This document shows positions 35,056 through 45,943 of a stretch of 64,000 nt of DNA, in pieces. How positions within the stretch are numbered: the first letter of the stretch is position 1; the number at the start of each line of letters is the position of its first letter. A program made the position numbers and the translations under genes. The notes beneath the pieces were generated by a model, which did no database searches, was not told where the DNA came from, and saw only the letters and a program-made list of their open reading frames with translations. This stretch comes from an uncultured Gammaproteobacteria bacterium (GTDB taxonomy: Bacteria > Pseudomonadota > Gammaproteobacteria > Pseudomonadales > Azotimanducaceae). The stretch is from assembly GCA_913045205.1 (NCBI GenBank), contig CAJWQF010000004.1, positions 3,704-67,703 on the forward strand, in the 5' to 3' direction.

Positions 35056-36861
35056 ATGGCAGAAGCAACACTCGATTCAAACCAACAGGCACTGGCCCCA
35101 GCTGGTGGAGGCCAAGTTGCGGCACGAACTAACGTGCCCGCAGCACTTGCCGCCGCAGGTGGTCTGATGGATAACACCGGTCAAGACACAATGGACGATA
35201 TCGGTGTCGATAGCGGTCCTTTGAGCTTGCTCAACAACCCAGATGTGCAGCGTATTTTGCCCTACGTCATCGGCGTCATAGCGCTGGCCATCTGTATTTT
35301 GTTTTATTTATGGGTATCAGCCCCCACTTACCGGTCGGTTTATCCCGGTATGTCTGAGGCCGACCGACAGGAAGCCAAGGAGGCCTTGGATGCCGCCGGC
35401 TTCTCGCCACGCATCGACATCAACAGCGGAGCGCTGCAGGTAGACGATGATCGCTATCATGAGGCGCGCATTTTACTCGCTTCCCAAGACATTCCCCGCA
35501 GTGCGACAGCGGGCGGTTTTGAAAACTTACTCGAACAAGGCTCCATGACCACTAGCCGGTTTATGGAGCAAGTCAGTTATCGGGCCGCGATGGAAACAGA
35601 GCTGGCAAAATCGGTAACGGAAATAGCCACAATTCGCGGTGCACGGGTCCATTTAGCCGAACCCCAGCAAAGCGTTTTTGTGCGCAACCAAACACCCGCC
35701 AAGGCGTCTGTGGTCGTTGTACCTCACCCAGGTCGCGTGGTTACCCAGTCGCAAATTCGAGCAATCGTGCACTTGGTATCGTCTAGCGTACCGTATCTGC
35801 CAGCGGAAAACGTCTCTGTCGTCGACAACACCGGCGCTCTGCTGACAGACACCGAAGGTGAAAACGCCATGACGTTGACAAATGCTCAGGCAGAACACAA
35901 ACGATCCTTAGAGATGTCCTACAACCGCCGTATTGAACAAATACTGGCGTCTATCGTGGGCATGGGCAATGTGCGCTCCGAGGTCGACGTAGCTCTGGAC
36001 TTCACAGAAGTTGAAACCACCTACGAAGAGTTTGATAAAGGCGGCGTTGGCCCGCGCACCCGGTCCGAGTCTTTGGACTTTGAACAAGAGGCAGCCATTG
36101 GAGCATCGGGCCTGCCCGGCAGTTTTTCTAACCAGCCACCGGCGGCGCCAGATTTTGCCCAGTCAGGCAATCTGCCCGAAGAGTCCTCAGAGTCTGCGTC
36201 CGGTGTGTCCAGTTCCTCAACGACTCGTAACTATGAACTTGACCGTGAGATCCGCTATGTGAAGCAACAAGTGGGCCGCATCGACCGTGTCTCTGTTGCC
36301 GTAGTAATTAATCAAGACGCCTACATTTCGCCAGTCGAAGGTGAGCCAGATGGCATCACTGCGGATGAGCTAGAGCGCCTTACCGAAGTTGTAAAGGGCG
36401 TCGTAGGATTCAGCGAAGCACGTGGCGATACCGTTGCTGTAGTGCCTTCGAGCTTTGCAGTACCCGTTGACATCATTCCGCAAATTGCCTGGTGGGAAGA
36501 TCCAAGGATTGTCGACCTCATTAAATACGGTTCTAGCTTGGTGTTGATCCTGTTTATCTTGATCTTTGTGGCGCGGCCGATTATCAAGGCCAACATGCCG
36601 GAAGACGATGACCTAGACATACCGCTGGCGTCCTTGGACGGCGAGCTATCAGACCAAGACCTGCAAATGATCAGGCTTGGCGAGGGCGAAACCCTCGAAG
36701 AAATAAAGGCAAAGCTGATACCCAAGAAGTCCTCTATTCCACTGGACATGTTGGACACCGCCAACAGCTATGATGACAAGGTCGCTGTACTACGTATGCT
36801 AGCGGCAGATGATCCAGGTCGCGTAGCGAACAGTATCAAACGAATGATCAAAACCCCTTAA
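35056..36861 (+). CDS. fliF: MS-ring protein FliF
   Basis: ARVHLAEPQQSVFVR..AKASVV, TRNYELDR, two TM segments. Confidence 0.96.
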   Translation: MAEATLDSNQQALAPAGGGQVAARTNVPAALAAAGGLMDNTGQDTMDDIGVDSGPLSLLNNPDVQRILPYVIGVIALAICILFYLWVSAPTYRSVYPGMSEADRQEAKEALDAAGFSPRIDINSGALQVDDDRYHEARILLASQDIPRSATAGGFENLLEQGSMTTSRFMEQVSYRAAMETELAKSVTEIATIRGARVHLAEPQQSVFVRNQTPAKASVVVVPHPGRVVTQSQIRAIVHLVSSSVPYLPAENVSVVDNTGALLTDTEGENAMTLTNAQAEHKRSLEMSYNRRIEQILASIVGMGNVRSEVDVALDFTEVETTYEEFDKGGVGPRTRSESLDFEQEAAIGASGLPGSFSNQPPAAPDFAQSGNLPEESSESASGVSSSSTTRNYELDREIRYVKQQVGRIDRVSVAVVINQDAYISPVEGEPDGITADELERLTEVVKGVVGFSEARGDTVAVVPSSFAVPVDIIPQIAWWEDPRIVDLIKYGSSLVLILFILIFVARPIIKANMPEDDDLDIPLASLDGELSDQDLQMIRLGEGETLEEIKAKLIPKKSSIPLDMLDTANSYDDKVAVLRMLAADDPGRVANSIKRMIKTP

Positions 36862-36883
36862 GCCTCACTAACGGACGAGAAAA

Positions 36884-37945
36884 ATGGCTGAACTTACTGC
36901 AGAACAAACCCTCGACGGTGATATGTCACCCGAGGTGGCTCTGGAGATGGAGTCGCTGAAGACGACGGAACGCGCAGCGCTATTGACGCTGCTACTGGGT
37001 GAACAACAAGCCTCGGAAATCGTCGGCTACCTCAACCCACGAGAGGTGCAGGCGCTGGGTGTGGCCATGGTGGGCATTCAAGACGTCAGTCAAGAGGCTG
37101 TCGACCTGGTGTTGGACGAATTCATTGGCGAGTTGAAAAAGCAGACCAACCTCGGTTTGGGTTCACCGGACTATATTGAAGGTGTACTGAACCGAGCCCT
37201 AGGGCCGGAGCGGGCATCTTCCGTGCTTAGCCGAATTTTGCCGAGTTCCTCTAGCAAGGGACTGGAGATATTGTCTTGGATGACCCCGCGAGCGATCTGC
37301 GACATGATTGCAGACGAGCACCCTCAGGTGATCGCGATTATTTTGTCTGTATTAGAAGATGAAACCGCCGCAGACGTGCTGACATTCTTGCCGGCAGGCA
37401 TTCGTCCCCAAGTGATCCGCCGTGTTGCCTTGCTCGACACCGTACAGCCCAACGCCATGGCCGAACTCGAAGCGGTAATGGCGCAGCAATTTGCACAATC
37501 GACATCGACATCATCTGCAGCGGTTGGTGGTGTTAAGGCCGCAGCTAACATAATGAACAAAACCAAACTCGATATAGAAACCACTGTTATGACGGATATC
37601 AGCGGCGACGACGAAGATCTGGCCATGCTGATTCAGGACAACATGTTCGACTTTGAGAACTTGGCGTCACTTGATAACCGCAGCATACAAATCCTGATGC
37701 GTTCCCTAGAACAAGAGCAGATGCTTTACGCACTGAAGGGCGCAACCGAACCAGTGAAAGAAAAGTTCATGGCGAATATGTCACAGCGTGCTGGTGCTAT
37801 GTTCCTCGACGAGTTGGAGATGATGGGCATGGTGCGGGTCACCGATTCCGACGAAGCCCAGCGCGATATTGTTCGTCAGGCCAGAAAACTTCAGGACGCT
37901 GGCGAAATCATACTCGCTTCGGCGGATGGTGGTGGTTTTGTCTAG
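36884..37945 (+). CDS. fliG: Motor switch protein FliG
   Basis: EHPQVIAIILS, NMFDFENL, ALKGA, NMSQRA. Confidence 0.96.
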   Translation: MAELTAEQTLDGDMSPEVALEMESLKTTERAALLTLLLGEQQASEIVGYLNPREVQALGVAMVGIQDVSQEAVDLVLDEFIGELKKQTNLGLGSPDYIEGVLNRALGPERASSVLSRILPSSSSKGLEILSWMTPRAICDMIADEHPQVIAIILSVLEDETAADVLTFLPAGIRPQVIRRVALLDTVQPNAMAELEAVMAQQFAQSTSTSSAAVGGVKAAANIMNKTKLDIETTVMTDISGDDEDLAMLIQDNMFDFENLASLDNRSIQILMRSLEQEQMLYALKGATEPVKEKFMANMSQRAGAMFLDELEMMGMVRVTDSDEAQRDIVRQARKLQDAGEIILASADGGGFV

Positions 37946-38954
37946 CAGCAGACCAGCCCCGCAGTTTGTCGCCGATCCAGTACTCAAGGCGGCACGCCAA
38001 CGACGCGGATTTGAAGATGCGCAAATGTTGGTAAACCCCCGATACAGTAAAAGCGATGGTTTCGCTGGTGTGAACGGAGTTAAAGCCTTTGGCGTTGCCC
38101 TTCACCCGGAGTCGGGACAAGTGGTGGGTAGCGAAGTTGCCACCCCAGAACCGGAGCAGCAGCCAGAGGCTCCGGTGGTGCAAACCACGGAGCAGGCCTA
38201 CAGCGACACGGATGGCGAGCGCATTGGAGCGCTTGAAGCCCAGCTCAACGCGCAACTTGCCGAACACCAAACCGCATTAGAACAGGCAAAAGCTCAGGCC
38301 TTTGCCGAAGGTCAGGCCCAAGGCCAGCAAGAAGCCAAGCAAATGCTGGAAATGGAAAACCAAAGCGCTGGCGCCGAACGCATGTTGGAGTTGCGCGACA
38401 TGATTGGCGAGCTTGTGGGTGAGGCCCAGAGCCATCTGATTGCCCACCAAGATCTGTTTGACCCGATAAAAGAACTCGCTCTTGCCTTGGCAGAGCAAAT
38501 TGCTCGATGCGAACTGAGCCAAAGCGATGCCTCTATGACCCAGTTTATCGAGCAGTCGTTGGCCGAAATTGATCCACTGCAGCTCAGCGAACTGGTGATC
38601 TATGTATCCAGCGACTGGTACGAGCGGCTGCAGCAACCAGAGCTGGAACCGGTCTTTGCCGACTACACGCTGCGCCGCGACGACACCCTACAGGTCGGTT
38701 CCGTCCGCCTTGCGGTACAGGACACCAGCATTAGCGATTTTATTGACCAGCGCATTGCCCGACTTAGCGAGCAGTTGCTGACTAGTGCGCCAGCAGTGGC
38801 ACAAGATGCTGCTTACAGTGATGAGACATTGCCTATAGCGATGGACGACGAAGATTTTTTTGCCGGTGAATTCGATGACCAAGGTGCCATAATTCCCGGC
38901 GATTACTCCGAAGTAGACGACATCTTCTTTCAGCGTCCGGAAGGGGACGAGTAA
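37938..38954 (+). CDS. fliH: Flagellar export protein FliH (divergent)
   Basis: AxxxG/GxxxG repeats (AQAFAEGQAQGQQEA); between fliG and fliI. TTG start is inferred. Confidence 0.75.
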   Translation: MSSSRPAPQFVADPVLKAARQRRGFEDAQMLVNPRYSKSDGFAGVNGVKAFGVALHPESGQVVGSEVATPEPEQQPEAPVVQTTEQAYSDTDGERIGALEAQLNAQLAEHQTALEQAKAQAFAEGQAQGQQEAKQMLEMENQSAGAERMLELRDMIGELVGEAQSHLIAHQDLFDPIKELALALAEQIARCELSQSDASMTQFIEQSLAEIDPLQLSELVIYVSSDWYERLQQPELEPVFADYTLRRDDTLQVGSVRLAVQDTSISDFIDQRIARLSEQLLTSAPAVAQDAAYSDETLPIAMDDEDFFAGEFDDQGAIIPGDYSEVDDIFFQRPEGDE

Positions 38955-38956
38955 CC

Positions 38957-40324
38957 GTGTTAGCAGGAAAGGTCGCGAACTTTCAGGCTCATGTCAGCCA
39001 TGCGCGAGAAAGTGTACAAGCCCCAGCGCCGCGCCGCCTTGGGGCGCTCACGCGAATTGTTGGACTAACCATTGAGGCTCGTGGACTCACCGCCACCGTC
39101 GGTGCTATCTGTCGCATCATGAAAAATGGCGCCAGCCACGAAACGGTGGGTAATGACCGCTCACAATTTGTCGATGCGCAAGTTGTGGGTTTTCAAAGCG
39201 GTACGATTTTCATGATGCCTTTATGGGAGGCTTCAGGTTTGCATGCGGGAGCCAAAGTGTTTTTGTTGGCAGACGCCGACACCGCTCTGGTAGGCGACAG
39301 CCTGCTAGGTCGGGTAGTAAATGCGCTCGGCGAGCCGCTTGATGGCCTTGCGCCGATCAAGTGCAGCGACAGTCGAGGTTTGCAAGGTCGCCCCATCAAT
39401 CCCATGCAGCGTCAACCCATAGACCGAGTGCTCGATGTCGGCGTGAAGGCGATAAACGCCATGCTGACGGTGGGCTGCGGGCAGCGCCTAGGGTTAATTG
39501 CCGGTTCCGGCGTGGGCAAAAGCGTACTGCTAGGTATGCTAACGAAGTTCACTTCTGCCGATGTCGTCGTTATCGGCCTGATCGGCGAGCGTGGCCGGGA
39601 AGTTAAGGAATTTATTGAACAGATATTGGGTGCTGAAGGCATGGGCCACGCCGTAGTGGTGGCGGCTCCTGCAGACAACTCACCCCTGCTGCGCCTGCGC
39701 GCGACCAACTTGGCTCATCTATACGCAGAGTATTTTCGCGCCAAAGGCATGGACGTATTGTTGCTGGTAGACAGCATGTCACGAGTGGCCCACGCGCAAC
39801 GTGAAATTGGTCTCGCCATTGGCGAACCGCCCACGTCGAAGGGTTACCCGCCGTCGGTCTTCAGTTTGTTGCCGAACCTAATAGAGCGCACCGGTACCGG
39901 CGAACCCGGTCAGGGCAGTATTACCGCCCTCTACACACTGCTGGCGGAGGGCGATGACCTGCAGGATCCGGTAGTGGATTTGGCTCGCGCCTCCCTCGAT
40001 GGTCAAGTGGTGCTAAGCCGCGCCCTTGCCGATGCCGCCCACTATCCAGCAATCGACCTTGCAGGTTCTATTTCTCGGTTGATGCCGAACATTGCCGATG
40101 CGGATGATTTGAATTCAGCAAATTTGTTTCGCAGACTGTGGACCTTGTATCAACAAAACATAGACCTCATTCAGGTAGGCGCCTACGAAATGGGTACCAA
40201 TCCGGATTTGGATAAGGCCATAGCACTACGCACGGTCATGGAGGAGTTTTTGCGTCAACCCATGGATGAGCTAGTCACCTTTGAAGCGGCTGTCGCTCAG
40301 TTGCGGGAGAGCATGCGTGTCTAG
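38957..40324 (+). CDS. fliI: Flagellar export ATPase FliI
   Basis: AGSGVGKS, GLIGERGREV, GEPPTSKGYPPSVF. Confidence 0.96.
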   Translation: MLAGKVANFQAHVSHARESVQAPAPRRLGALTRIVGLTIEARGLTATVGAICRIMKNGASHETVGNDRSQFVDAQVVGFQSGTIFMMPLWEASGLHAGAKVFLLADADTALVGDSLLGRVVNALGEPLDGLAPIKCSDSRGLQGRPINPMQRQPIDRVLDVGVKAINAMLTVGCGQRLGLIAGSGVGKSVLLGMLTKFTSADVVVIGLIGERGREVKEFIEQILGAEGMGHAVVVAAPADNSPLLRLRATNLAHLYAEYFRAKGMDVLLLVDSMSRVAHAQREIGLAIGEPPTSKGYPPSVFSLLPNLIERTGTGEPGQGSITALYTLLAEGDDLQDPVVDLARASLDGQVVLSRALADAAHYPAIDLAGSISRLMPNIADADDLNSANLFRRLWTLYQQNIDLIQVGAYEMGTNPDLDKAIALRTVMEEFLRQPMDELVTFEAAVAQLRESMRV

Positions 40325-40790
40325 GGCCCTGCAAACCTCCATTGAACGCTGGAAAACTCTAGCTGACGGCGTGGGCAAGGAAGCAGGTGAGGTGCAGCGC
40401 GCGCTGACTCAGGTTCGCACCCGGCACAGCAACCTCTGCGCCGAACAAGAAAAAATACGGTTCATGAAGCAAGGCTATTTGGAGCAGCTCAAAGAGGCAG
40501 AACATAGCCAAGATGATTTGCAGCAGTCGACCCAGTTGCGACGCTTCATGGGCCAGCTCGATCTCACTACCCGAGCAATAACCGATCAAATGGCAGACCT
40601 GCAGCGCCAACAACAAACCATTGCCGCCCGATTTCGTGAACTCAACAGTGAACGCATTAAGTTCGAAACCCTAGCTGACCGAGCGCGCACCCAGCTCAAG
40701 CAGACCACGCAGAAAAAAGAACAGAAAGATTCAGATGCCCTCAACGCCCAGCGCTTTGCGATCAAGCTGAACCAGCGCCCCTCGTCATAA
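40317..40790 (+). CDS. fliJ: FliJ
   Basis: Coiled coil following fliI, ending KKEQKDSDAL; GTG start inferred. Confidence 0.8.
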   Translation: MSRALQTSIERWKTLADGVGKEAGEVQRALTQVRTRHSNLCAEQEKIRFMKQGYLEQLKEAEHSQDDLQQSTQLRRFMGQLDLTTRAITDQMADLQRQQQTIAARFRELNSERIKFETLADRARTQLKQTTQKKEQKDSDALNAQRFAIKLNQRPSS

Positions 40791-40841
40791 AGGCCACTAA
40801 TCTGGCCTAGCAACGCTCATTTGAGGCAGTGACCTAATAGA

Positions 40842-40857
40842 TGGCACACAAATTGCT
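40842..40857 (+). promoter_or_regulatory. sigma54 promoter of fliK-O
   Basis: TGGCACACAAATTGCT. Confidence 0.85.
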
Positions 40858-40894
40858 TTCTCTATGGTAACGAATTAACCCAGCAGTAATTACA

Positions 40895-42391
40895 ATGTCG
40901 GAGAATTTTCTCTCATTCATCGCCAATGCGCCTGCGAAGGCCGCGGACAGCAGCGCTGATGCTGCCGTCGGTGCGTCGATCCCGGATGCTCAAAGCGCTG
41001 ATTTTAAAGGCATTTTAGCCAAAGAGCGGGCCAAGACCGACGCCGCTACCAGCGCGCCAGTACAGGCAGACGATGCCCCCACAGCGGCTGCCGAAGCAGT
41101 AGCTATGGCCGAAGGCGAGGGCGCTGGCGAATTGGTAACCAGTCCAGAAGCGCCGGTTGGCTTGCCTGTTACGCCGCCAATCGGCAATACCTTGCCCGAG
41201 TTGTCCATTCATTCCAGAGCGTTGCAGGTGGGCCGCGTCATTCTGACCACGGCGCAGCCCAGGGTTAGCGAAGAAAGTCTGAGTCAGTTCGCCCGCAGTC
41301 AGGGGGCGCCAATGCCCGAACTGACCGTTGCTGGAGCCCAGGCCATTGCTACAACCCAAGACGGAGCAGGCCCACAGAACCCACCGCGAACCGGTGGGAT
41401 GCTACAAGGTCTTATTGATCGGCAAATGCAGCCCGCCCAACCTGCGCAGCCAATGTTACCCGCTCAACCTGCGGTAACTGCCATTCCGGCGGCGAATATT
41501 TCCCCACAGCTGCCGCATACCACACTGGCAGCAGGGGCCCTACAAGAAGCAAAACTGCACTTCATGCAGCGTTCGGGTTTATCTAGTGCTGAGCCAGTGG
41601 TTCAAGCCAGCGGCCCAAGCCAAGTCAATCTATCGGTGGAAGAAGCCTTGAATCCGGTTGCGAAGACAGCTGACGTAGCAGTGGTTAAGGCGGAGCAAGA
41701 CATGCTGACCAAGGCAGCGGCAGAAATGCGCGCAGCGCAGTCACCACTAGCCACTGTTCAGGATGCTTCAACCACAGCAGATATCCCGGTGGGTACAGTA
41801 CTAGCGGACAGCCAGAGCGAACAAGGACAGCCTCAGGCGGGTCAACAACAGCCAGCGCCTGTAGCCAACCCCCAAAGCGGCCTGGTGCAGGCGCCAATAG
41901 GTAATACCGCGATAACACTGGCCGATGCGCTGATGTCCTCAGATCCCGCGCAAATGCAATCGCGCTTGCAGCCTTATCAGGTTTGGGCTCAGCGTTTTGG
42001 CGAGGTGCTGGCGCAGAAGCTGGCGCTGGCGGTAAAGGATGGCAATTGGACAGTAAAGCTGAACCTGAACCCGGCATCACTGGGGCCTGTCGGTATCGAG
42101 CTACAGGTCAGCGACAAAGGCATTGATGGTCAAATTGCCGCAAGCGACGCTAACGTACGCCAACTGTTAGGTGACTCCATGCCAAGATTAAGACAAGCCC
42201 TCGAGGAGCTTGTTGGTGAGCATGCTGGAGTCAATTTAGAGCTTGGTGATGGCGGCGAGCGAAAAGCAAAACAGGAAGAATCTCAGGAAATTGAGATTTC
42301 TATGGATCTGTTGGCGGAAGAGTTAATTCCGTCACAGCAGCAGATGGCGAGCGGAAACATTCTTCGAGATGGTTTGAATGTTTTTGTTTAA
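40895..42391 (+). CDS. fliK: Hook-length control protein FliK
   Basis: Ala/Pro/Gln-rich region plus C-terminal LNLNPASLGPV..VRQLLGDSMPRLRQAL. Confidence 0.9.
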   Translation: MSENFLSFIANAPAKAADSSADAAVGASIPDAQSADFKGILAKERAKTDAATSAPVQADDAPTAAAEAVAMAEGEGAGELVTSPEAPVGLPVTPPIGNTLPELSIHSRALQVGRVILTTAQPRVSEESLSQFARSQGAPMPELTVAGAQAIATTQDGAGPQNPPRTGGMLQGLIDRQMQPAQPAQPMLPAQPAVTAIPAANISPQLPHTTLAAGALQEAKLHFMQRSGLSSAEPVVQASGPSQVNLSVEEALNPVAKTADVAVVKAEQDMLTKAAAEMRAAQSPLATVQDASTTADIPVGTVLADSQSEQGQPQAGQQQPAPVANPQSGLVQAPIGNTAITLADALMSSDPAQMQSRLQPYQVWAQRFGEVLAQKLALAVKDGNWTVKLNLNPASLGPVGIELQVSDKGIDGQIAASDANVRQLLGDSMPRLRQALEELVGEHAGVNLELGDGGERKAKQEESQEIEISMDLLAEELIPSQQQMASGNILRDGLNVFV

Positions 42392-42419
42392 ACTCATAGT
42401 CGTATAACAGGAGTTAACA

Positions 42420-42989
42420 ATGGCTGAAGTGGAAGAACAGGCGCCATCGAAAGGCGGCCTGCTGAAAATTATTTTATTGGTACTGGCAATTTTGTTGGTG
42501 GCAGTTGGCTCTGCCCTCGGCGCGCTGTTTTTTACCGGCTTTTTTGATGAAAAAGAAGCAGACGCTGCGGAGGAGGCCATTGCCGAGCTAGAGGCTGAAA
42601 TCGAAGGCACGGAATCTATCCAGATGCCTGAAAAAGTCGCTAAGGAAACCGCAGAGGAAGAAAAGTTCAAGCCAACCTACTACACCTTTGACCAGCCCTT
42701 CGTGGCCAATGTGGCAGGCTCGCGCAAGGTGATGCAGGTAACCGTCGCGGTAATGACCTACTACGATGAACGGGTAGTAACGGCCATAGGCGATCACAAG
42801 TTCGCACTTCAGTCGGCGGTATTAGATCGCTTGCGTATGGTTTCAGAAACTCAGCTGCGTGAGGAGAATTTCCGCCGCGACCTGCAAGAGGAACTGGCAT
42901 TGATTATGAACGAGGTGCTGGAGAAATTTGAAGAGTTTAAATTCGCTGGTATCGAAGAGGTGTATTTCATAGGCTTTGTGGTCCAGTAG
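42420..42989 (+). CDS. fliL: FliL
   Basis: Single TM, PFVANV, IEEVYFIGFVVQ. Confidence 0.92.
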   Translation: MAEVEEQAPSKGGLLKIILLVLAILLVAVGSALGALFFTGFFDEKEADAAEEAIAELEAEIEGTESIQMPEKVAKETAEEEKFKPTYYTFDQPFVANVAGSRKVMQVTVAVMTYYDERVVTAIGDHKFALQSAVLDRLRMVSETQLREENFRRDLQEELALIMNEVLEKFEEFKFAGIEEVYFIGFVVQ

Positions 42990-43037
42990 CTTCTTCTATT
43001 CACGCATGTACTTTTAGGAACGTAAGAAAACACCGAT

Positions 43038-44033
43038 ATGGCTGAAAATAACGACAAGCTGCTGACCGACGAAGAACTGAGCGCTATCGAAGACATGGTG
43101 GCTTCCGGTGACTTGGGTGGCGAAGGCTTCAATGTCGGGATAGCGACTGGCGCCCATGACCTAACCATGCAGGACACCAGTGTCGGTGTAAACGTAACGG
43201 CCATTGAGCAGATTAATGACCGCTTCCACCGCTTCATGCGTGCGGGACTGCTGGACGCGCTGCGCTATAACGCGCGACTGCAGCCGGGCCAAATCGAAAT
43301 CATTCGTTACGGCGACTATGTGCAAAGCACCCAGCCGCCGCTATCCGTCAATGTGACGAAAATCGATCCCCTGCGCGGCGAGTGCTTGACGGTAATTCAC
43401 TCCCAGGTGGTGTTCAGCTGCCTAGATAACTGGTTCGGTGGCTCGCCCCAGTCGCTGACCTCGGTATCACCGGGGCGCATCTTCACACCCACCGAAAGCG
43501 CAGTGATCGATAAGATCCGTGGGGTGATGTTCAAGTCACTGGCAGAAGCATGGGCGCCCTTTATTAAAATCGAGTGCTCGCTATCGACATCTGAAATCAG
43601 CGCGGTGTTTGCCAATGTGGCTGCAGATGACGACATGATTATTAAGTGTCGTTTTGAAACCGCAGGCGATGGTGAAGACCTGGGTTTTGTCGACATCATT
43701 TATCCCTATGCCAGCTTGAAGCTGGTTCGTGATGTCCTGCGATCACGCATTCAAACCAGCGGCGGCGACGATGACGCAAATAATTCATGGACTGAAAATT
43801 TGCTCGAAAGCCTCGACGAAGTACCTATCGAAGTTGTGGTCACCGGCATTGATATGCCCATTTCAGTGGAACAACTTTCCAACCTTAAGGCCGGTGATTG
43901 GTTGCCGATTAGGCCACCAGAACACGCCGAAGTATCCGTTAACGGCTTCCCTGTTTTTACCGCTGAGGTAGGCAGTCGGGGTAATCAAGTCGCGATTCAA
44001 ATTGTCGAAAGCATAATGCCAGAGGAAGATTAA
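43038..44033 (+). CDS. fliM: FliM
   Basis: INDRFHR, PLRGE, GRIFTPTE, C-terminal SpoA domain. Confidence 0.93.
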   Translation: MAENNDKLLTDEELSAIEDMVASGDLGGEGFNVGIATGAHDLTMQDTSVGVNVTAIEQINDRFHRFMRAGLLDALRYNARLQPGQIEIIRYGDYVQSTQPPLSVNVTKIDPLRGECLTVIHSQVVFSCLDNWFGGSPQSLTSVSPGRIFTPTESAVIDKIRGVMFKSLAEAWAPFIKIECSLSTSEISAVFANVAADDDMIIKCRFETAGDGEDLGFVDIIYPYASLKLVRDVLRSRIQTSGGDDDANNSWTENLLESLDEVPIEVVVTGIDMPISVEQLSNLKAGDWLPIRPPEHAEVSVNGFPVFTAEVGSRGNQVAIQIVESIMPEED

Positions 44034-44353
44034 TGAGCGAGACAGAAGAAACAGGGCAAGAGCCGACAGCAGAAGCAGAGCAGTCTGGCGAAGGCAACAT
44101 CAACCAAGATGTAATCCGCGCGATACCCATTACGTTATCGGTAGAGGTGGGTACTACGGTGTTGAAGCTCCGTGACCTGCTGCGTTTGTCCCAAGGCAGC
44201 GTGCTGGAGCTAGATCGTGGAGTAGGTGAGCCTCACGACATCAAGATCAACGACACCGTAATCGCCAAGGGCGAGATTGTTACCGTTGGCGATAAGCTCG
44301 GTGTTAGTGTGGTGGAAATTGTTGCTCCACTCGAACGTGTGAAGACTGTTTAA
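44033..44353 (+). CDS. fliN: FliN
   Basis: IPITLSVEVG..LLRLSQGSVLELDR..IAKGEIV. Confidence 0.95.
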   Translation: MSETEETGQEPTAEAEQSGEGNINQDVIRAIPITLSVEVGTTVLKLRDLLRLSQGSVLELDRGVGEPHDIKINDTVIAKGEIVTVGDKLGVSVVEIVAPLERVKTV

Positions 44354-44734
44354 ATGATGGAAATGTCGCCGCTGGTTTCGGCGGTCGTCAGTTTTCTATT
44401 CGTCATTGGCCTGTTGTTGGGCACGCTATGGATTGTCCGTGCCAAGGGTATTGGTATGGGCACGCTGCAGGGCAAGGGCCTGCGGGTGGTGAACAGCCTA
44501 CGTCTGGGCACCAAGCATCGTTTGGATGTTGTCGAGTATGAAGGCAGGCGGTTGCTGCTTGGCATCGCACCCAATCAGATTACCTTGCTGGATAACCAAG
44601 CCCAGGAAACAGGTGCTGCTGAAGAATTGTCAGCTGCGGCGGGCATCAACGCGGATGCGGGTGACGCCGGCGACAGCCCAGTATCCTTTGCTGGCCAGCT
44701 GCGTCAGTTTATGGGCCGAGATACCAAGAATTAA
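44354..44734 (+). CDS. fliO: FliO
   Basis: TM followed by LRVVNSLRLGTKHRLDVVE..LLLGIAPNQITLL. Confidence 0.88.
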   Translation: MMEMSPLVSAVVSFLFVIGLLLGTLWIVRAKGIGMGTLQGKGLRVVNSLRLGTKHRLDVVEYEGRRLLLGIAPNQITLLDNQAQETGAAEELSAAAGINADAGDAGDSPVSFAGQLRQFMGRDTKN

Positions 44735-44761
44735 GGCTCCGCTCAGCCCCAAGCTCTAGCG

Positions 44762-45943
44762 TCAATTGTTGCGACTACGTATGTCTTCCTTGCGCGGTGT
44801 TGCAATCGCTTTCTCAAGCAAGATGGATACTTGCGCCATTCGCTCAGAAGTCAGCGCAGTCCCCAACCAAACCGGCAGATTGTTGCGAATTTGAATCAGC
44901 GCCAAGGCACTGCAACCCTGGCCTCTGGCCTCCAGCCACTGCCCGACTTGAGCATTACGCTGGGCCGGATCATGGGTGATCACGGCTAGCTGCCGAAGAT
45001 TTTGCACCAAACAAGGCAACACTGGCCCAGCAGTAGAAAGCACCCGCTGGCCTTCTTCTGGCGCCTGCACTGTGCGCTGCTGAGCAGTGACTTTTTCGAT
45101 GTAATCCTGCGCGGCGACGGGCAGAGGAATGTTGGGGTCAAAGCCGTTAGGGCCCAAACGGTAGCTGGCGAGCGCCAAACGCATGCGCGGCTCGGCAGCG
45201 AAACCCGCTAAGTCGTCGAGCAACTCGCGCAGGTAGCGCGCTCCGGCGTCGATGTTTATGCAAGGGTCAAACAGGTCCTGACGCTCGGTAATGCCTAGAT
45301 GGGTGGCGGTGATCGGCCACTTAATTTGCATCAGCCCTAGCGCATCTGAACTGGAAATCGCTGTTGGGTCCATGCTGCTTTCAACGATCGCAATACCAAC
45401 CAACAGCGATTCTTCGACTTGGTAAGTAGCAGCCGAAGTGGCGAAACAGGACTGAAATGGCAGCTCGGTAAACGGGTTCGCTTCCACTTGCGGGCTGTCG
45501 GCTAGCGCTGGTTCCAAGGCGACCGCCAAATCGCTATTTTCTGGCTCTGGTTCCTGAATTTGCTCTGGCTGGTCGTTTGTCGCGGCCTCAACAGCATCGG
45601 GTACTGTCGCAGCTTCGTCTGTCGGTGCGGGGTTTTCGGCGTTACTCGTAACTGTCTCGGTTCCTGCTTCTTCCGCTACTGCCGTTTCTTCCGCGTCGAC
45701 CACTTCTTCCGCTTCGGTTTCGTCTTGGTTGCCCGCTTCTTGCTGCTGCAGAAATTCTGCCAATTCTGGTGGAATATCCAAATCGATCACAATTGGCTCG
45801 TCGTCGCTTGAAGCCTCACCGCTGTCGGGTATCGGGTCTGTGGTACCCGCTAAGGCTAGCGTGCTTGCTGCTAACAACGTAATGGCAGCCAGCGCCGTGC
45901 GCAGAGCGGCCCCGTACCGAGCAAATCTTGGGTAAACAGGCAT
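44762..45943 (-). CDS. Secreted lytic transglycosylase (SLT domain) with acidic low-complexity linker
   Basis: IAIVESS, ALGLMQI, NIDAGARYL, ALASY motifs; signal peptide from ATG 45943. Confidence 0.88.
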   Translation of the reverse strand: MPVYPRFARYGAALRTALAAITLLAASTLALAGTTDPIPDSGEASSDDEPIVIDLDIPPELAEFLQQQEAGNQDETEAEEVVDAEETAVAEEAGTETVTSNAENPAPTDEAATVPDAVEAATNDQPEQIQEPEPENSDLAVALEPALADSPQVEANPFTELPFQSCFATSAATYQVEESLLVGIAIVESSMDPTAISSSDALGLMQIKWPITATHLGITERQDLFDPCINIDAGARYLRELLDDLAGFAAEPRMRLALASYRLGPNGFDPNIPLPVAAQDYIEKVTAQQRTVQAPEEGQRVLSTAGPVLPCLVQNLRQLAVITHDPAQRNAQVGQWLEARGQGCSALALIQIRNNLPVWLGTALTSERMAQVSILLEKAIATPRKEDIRSRNN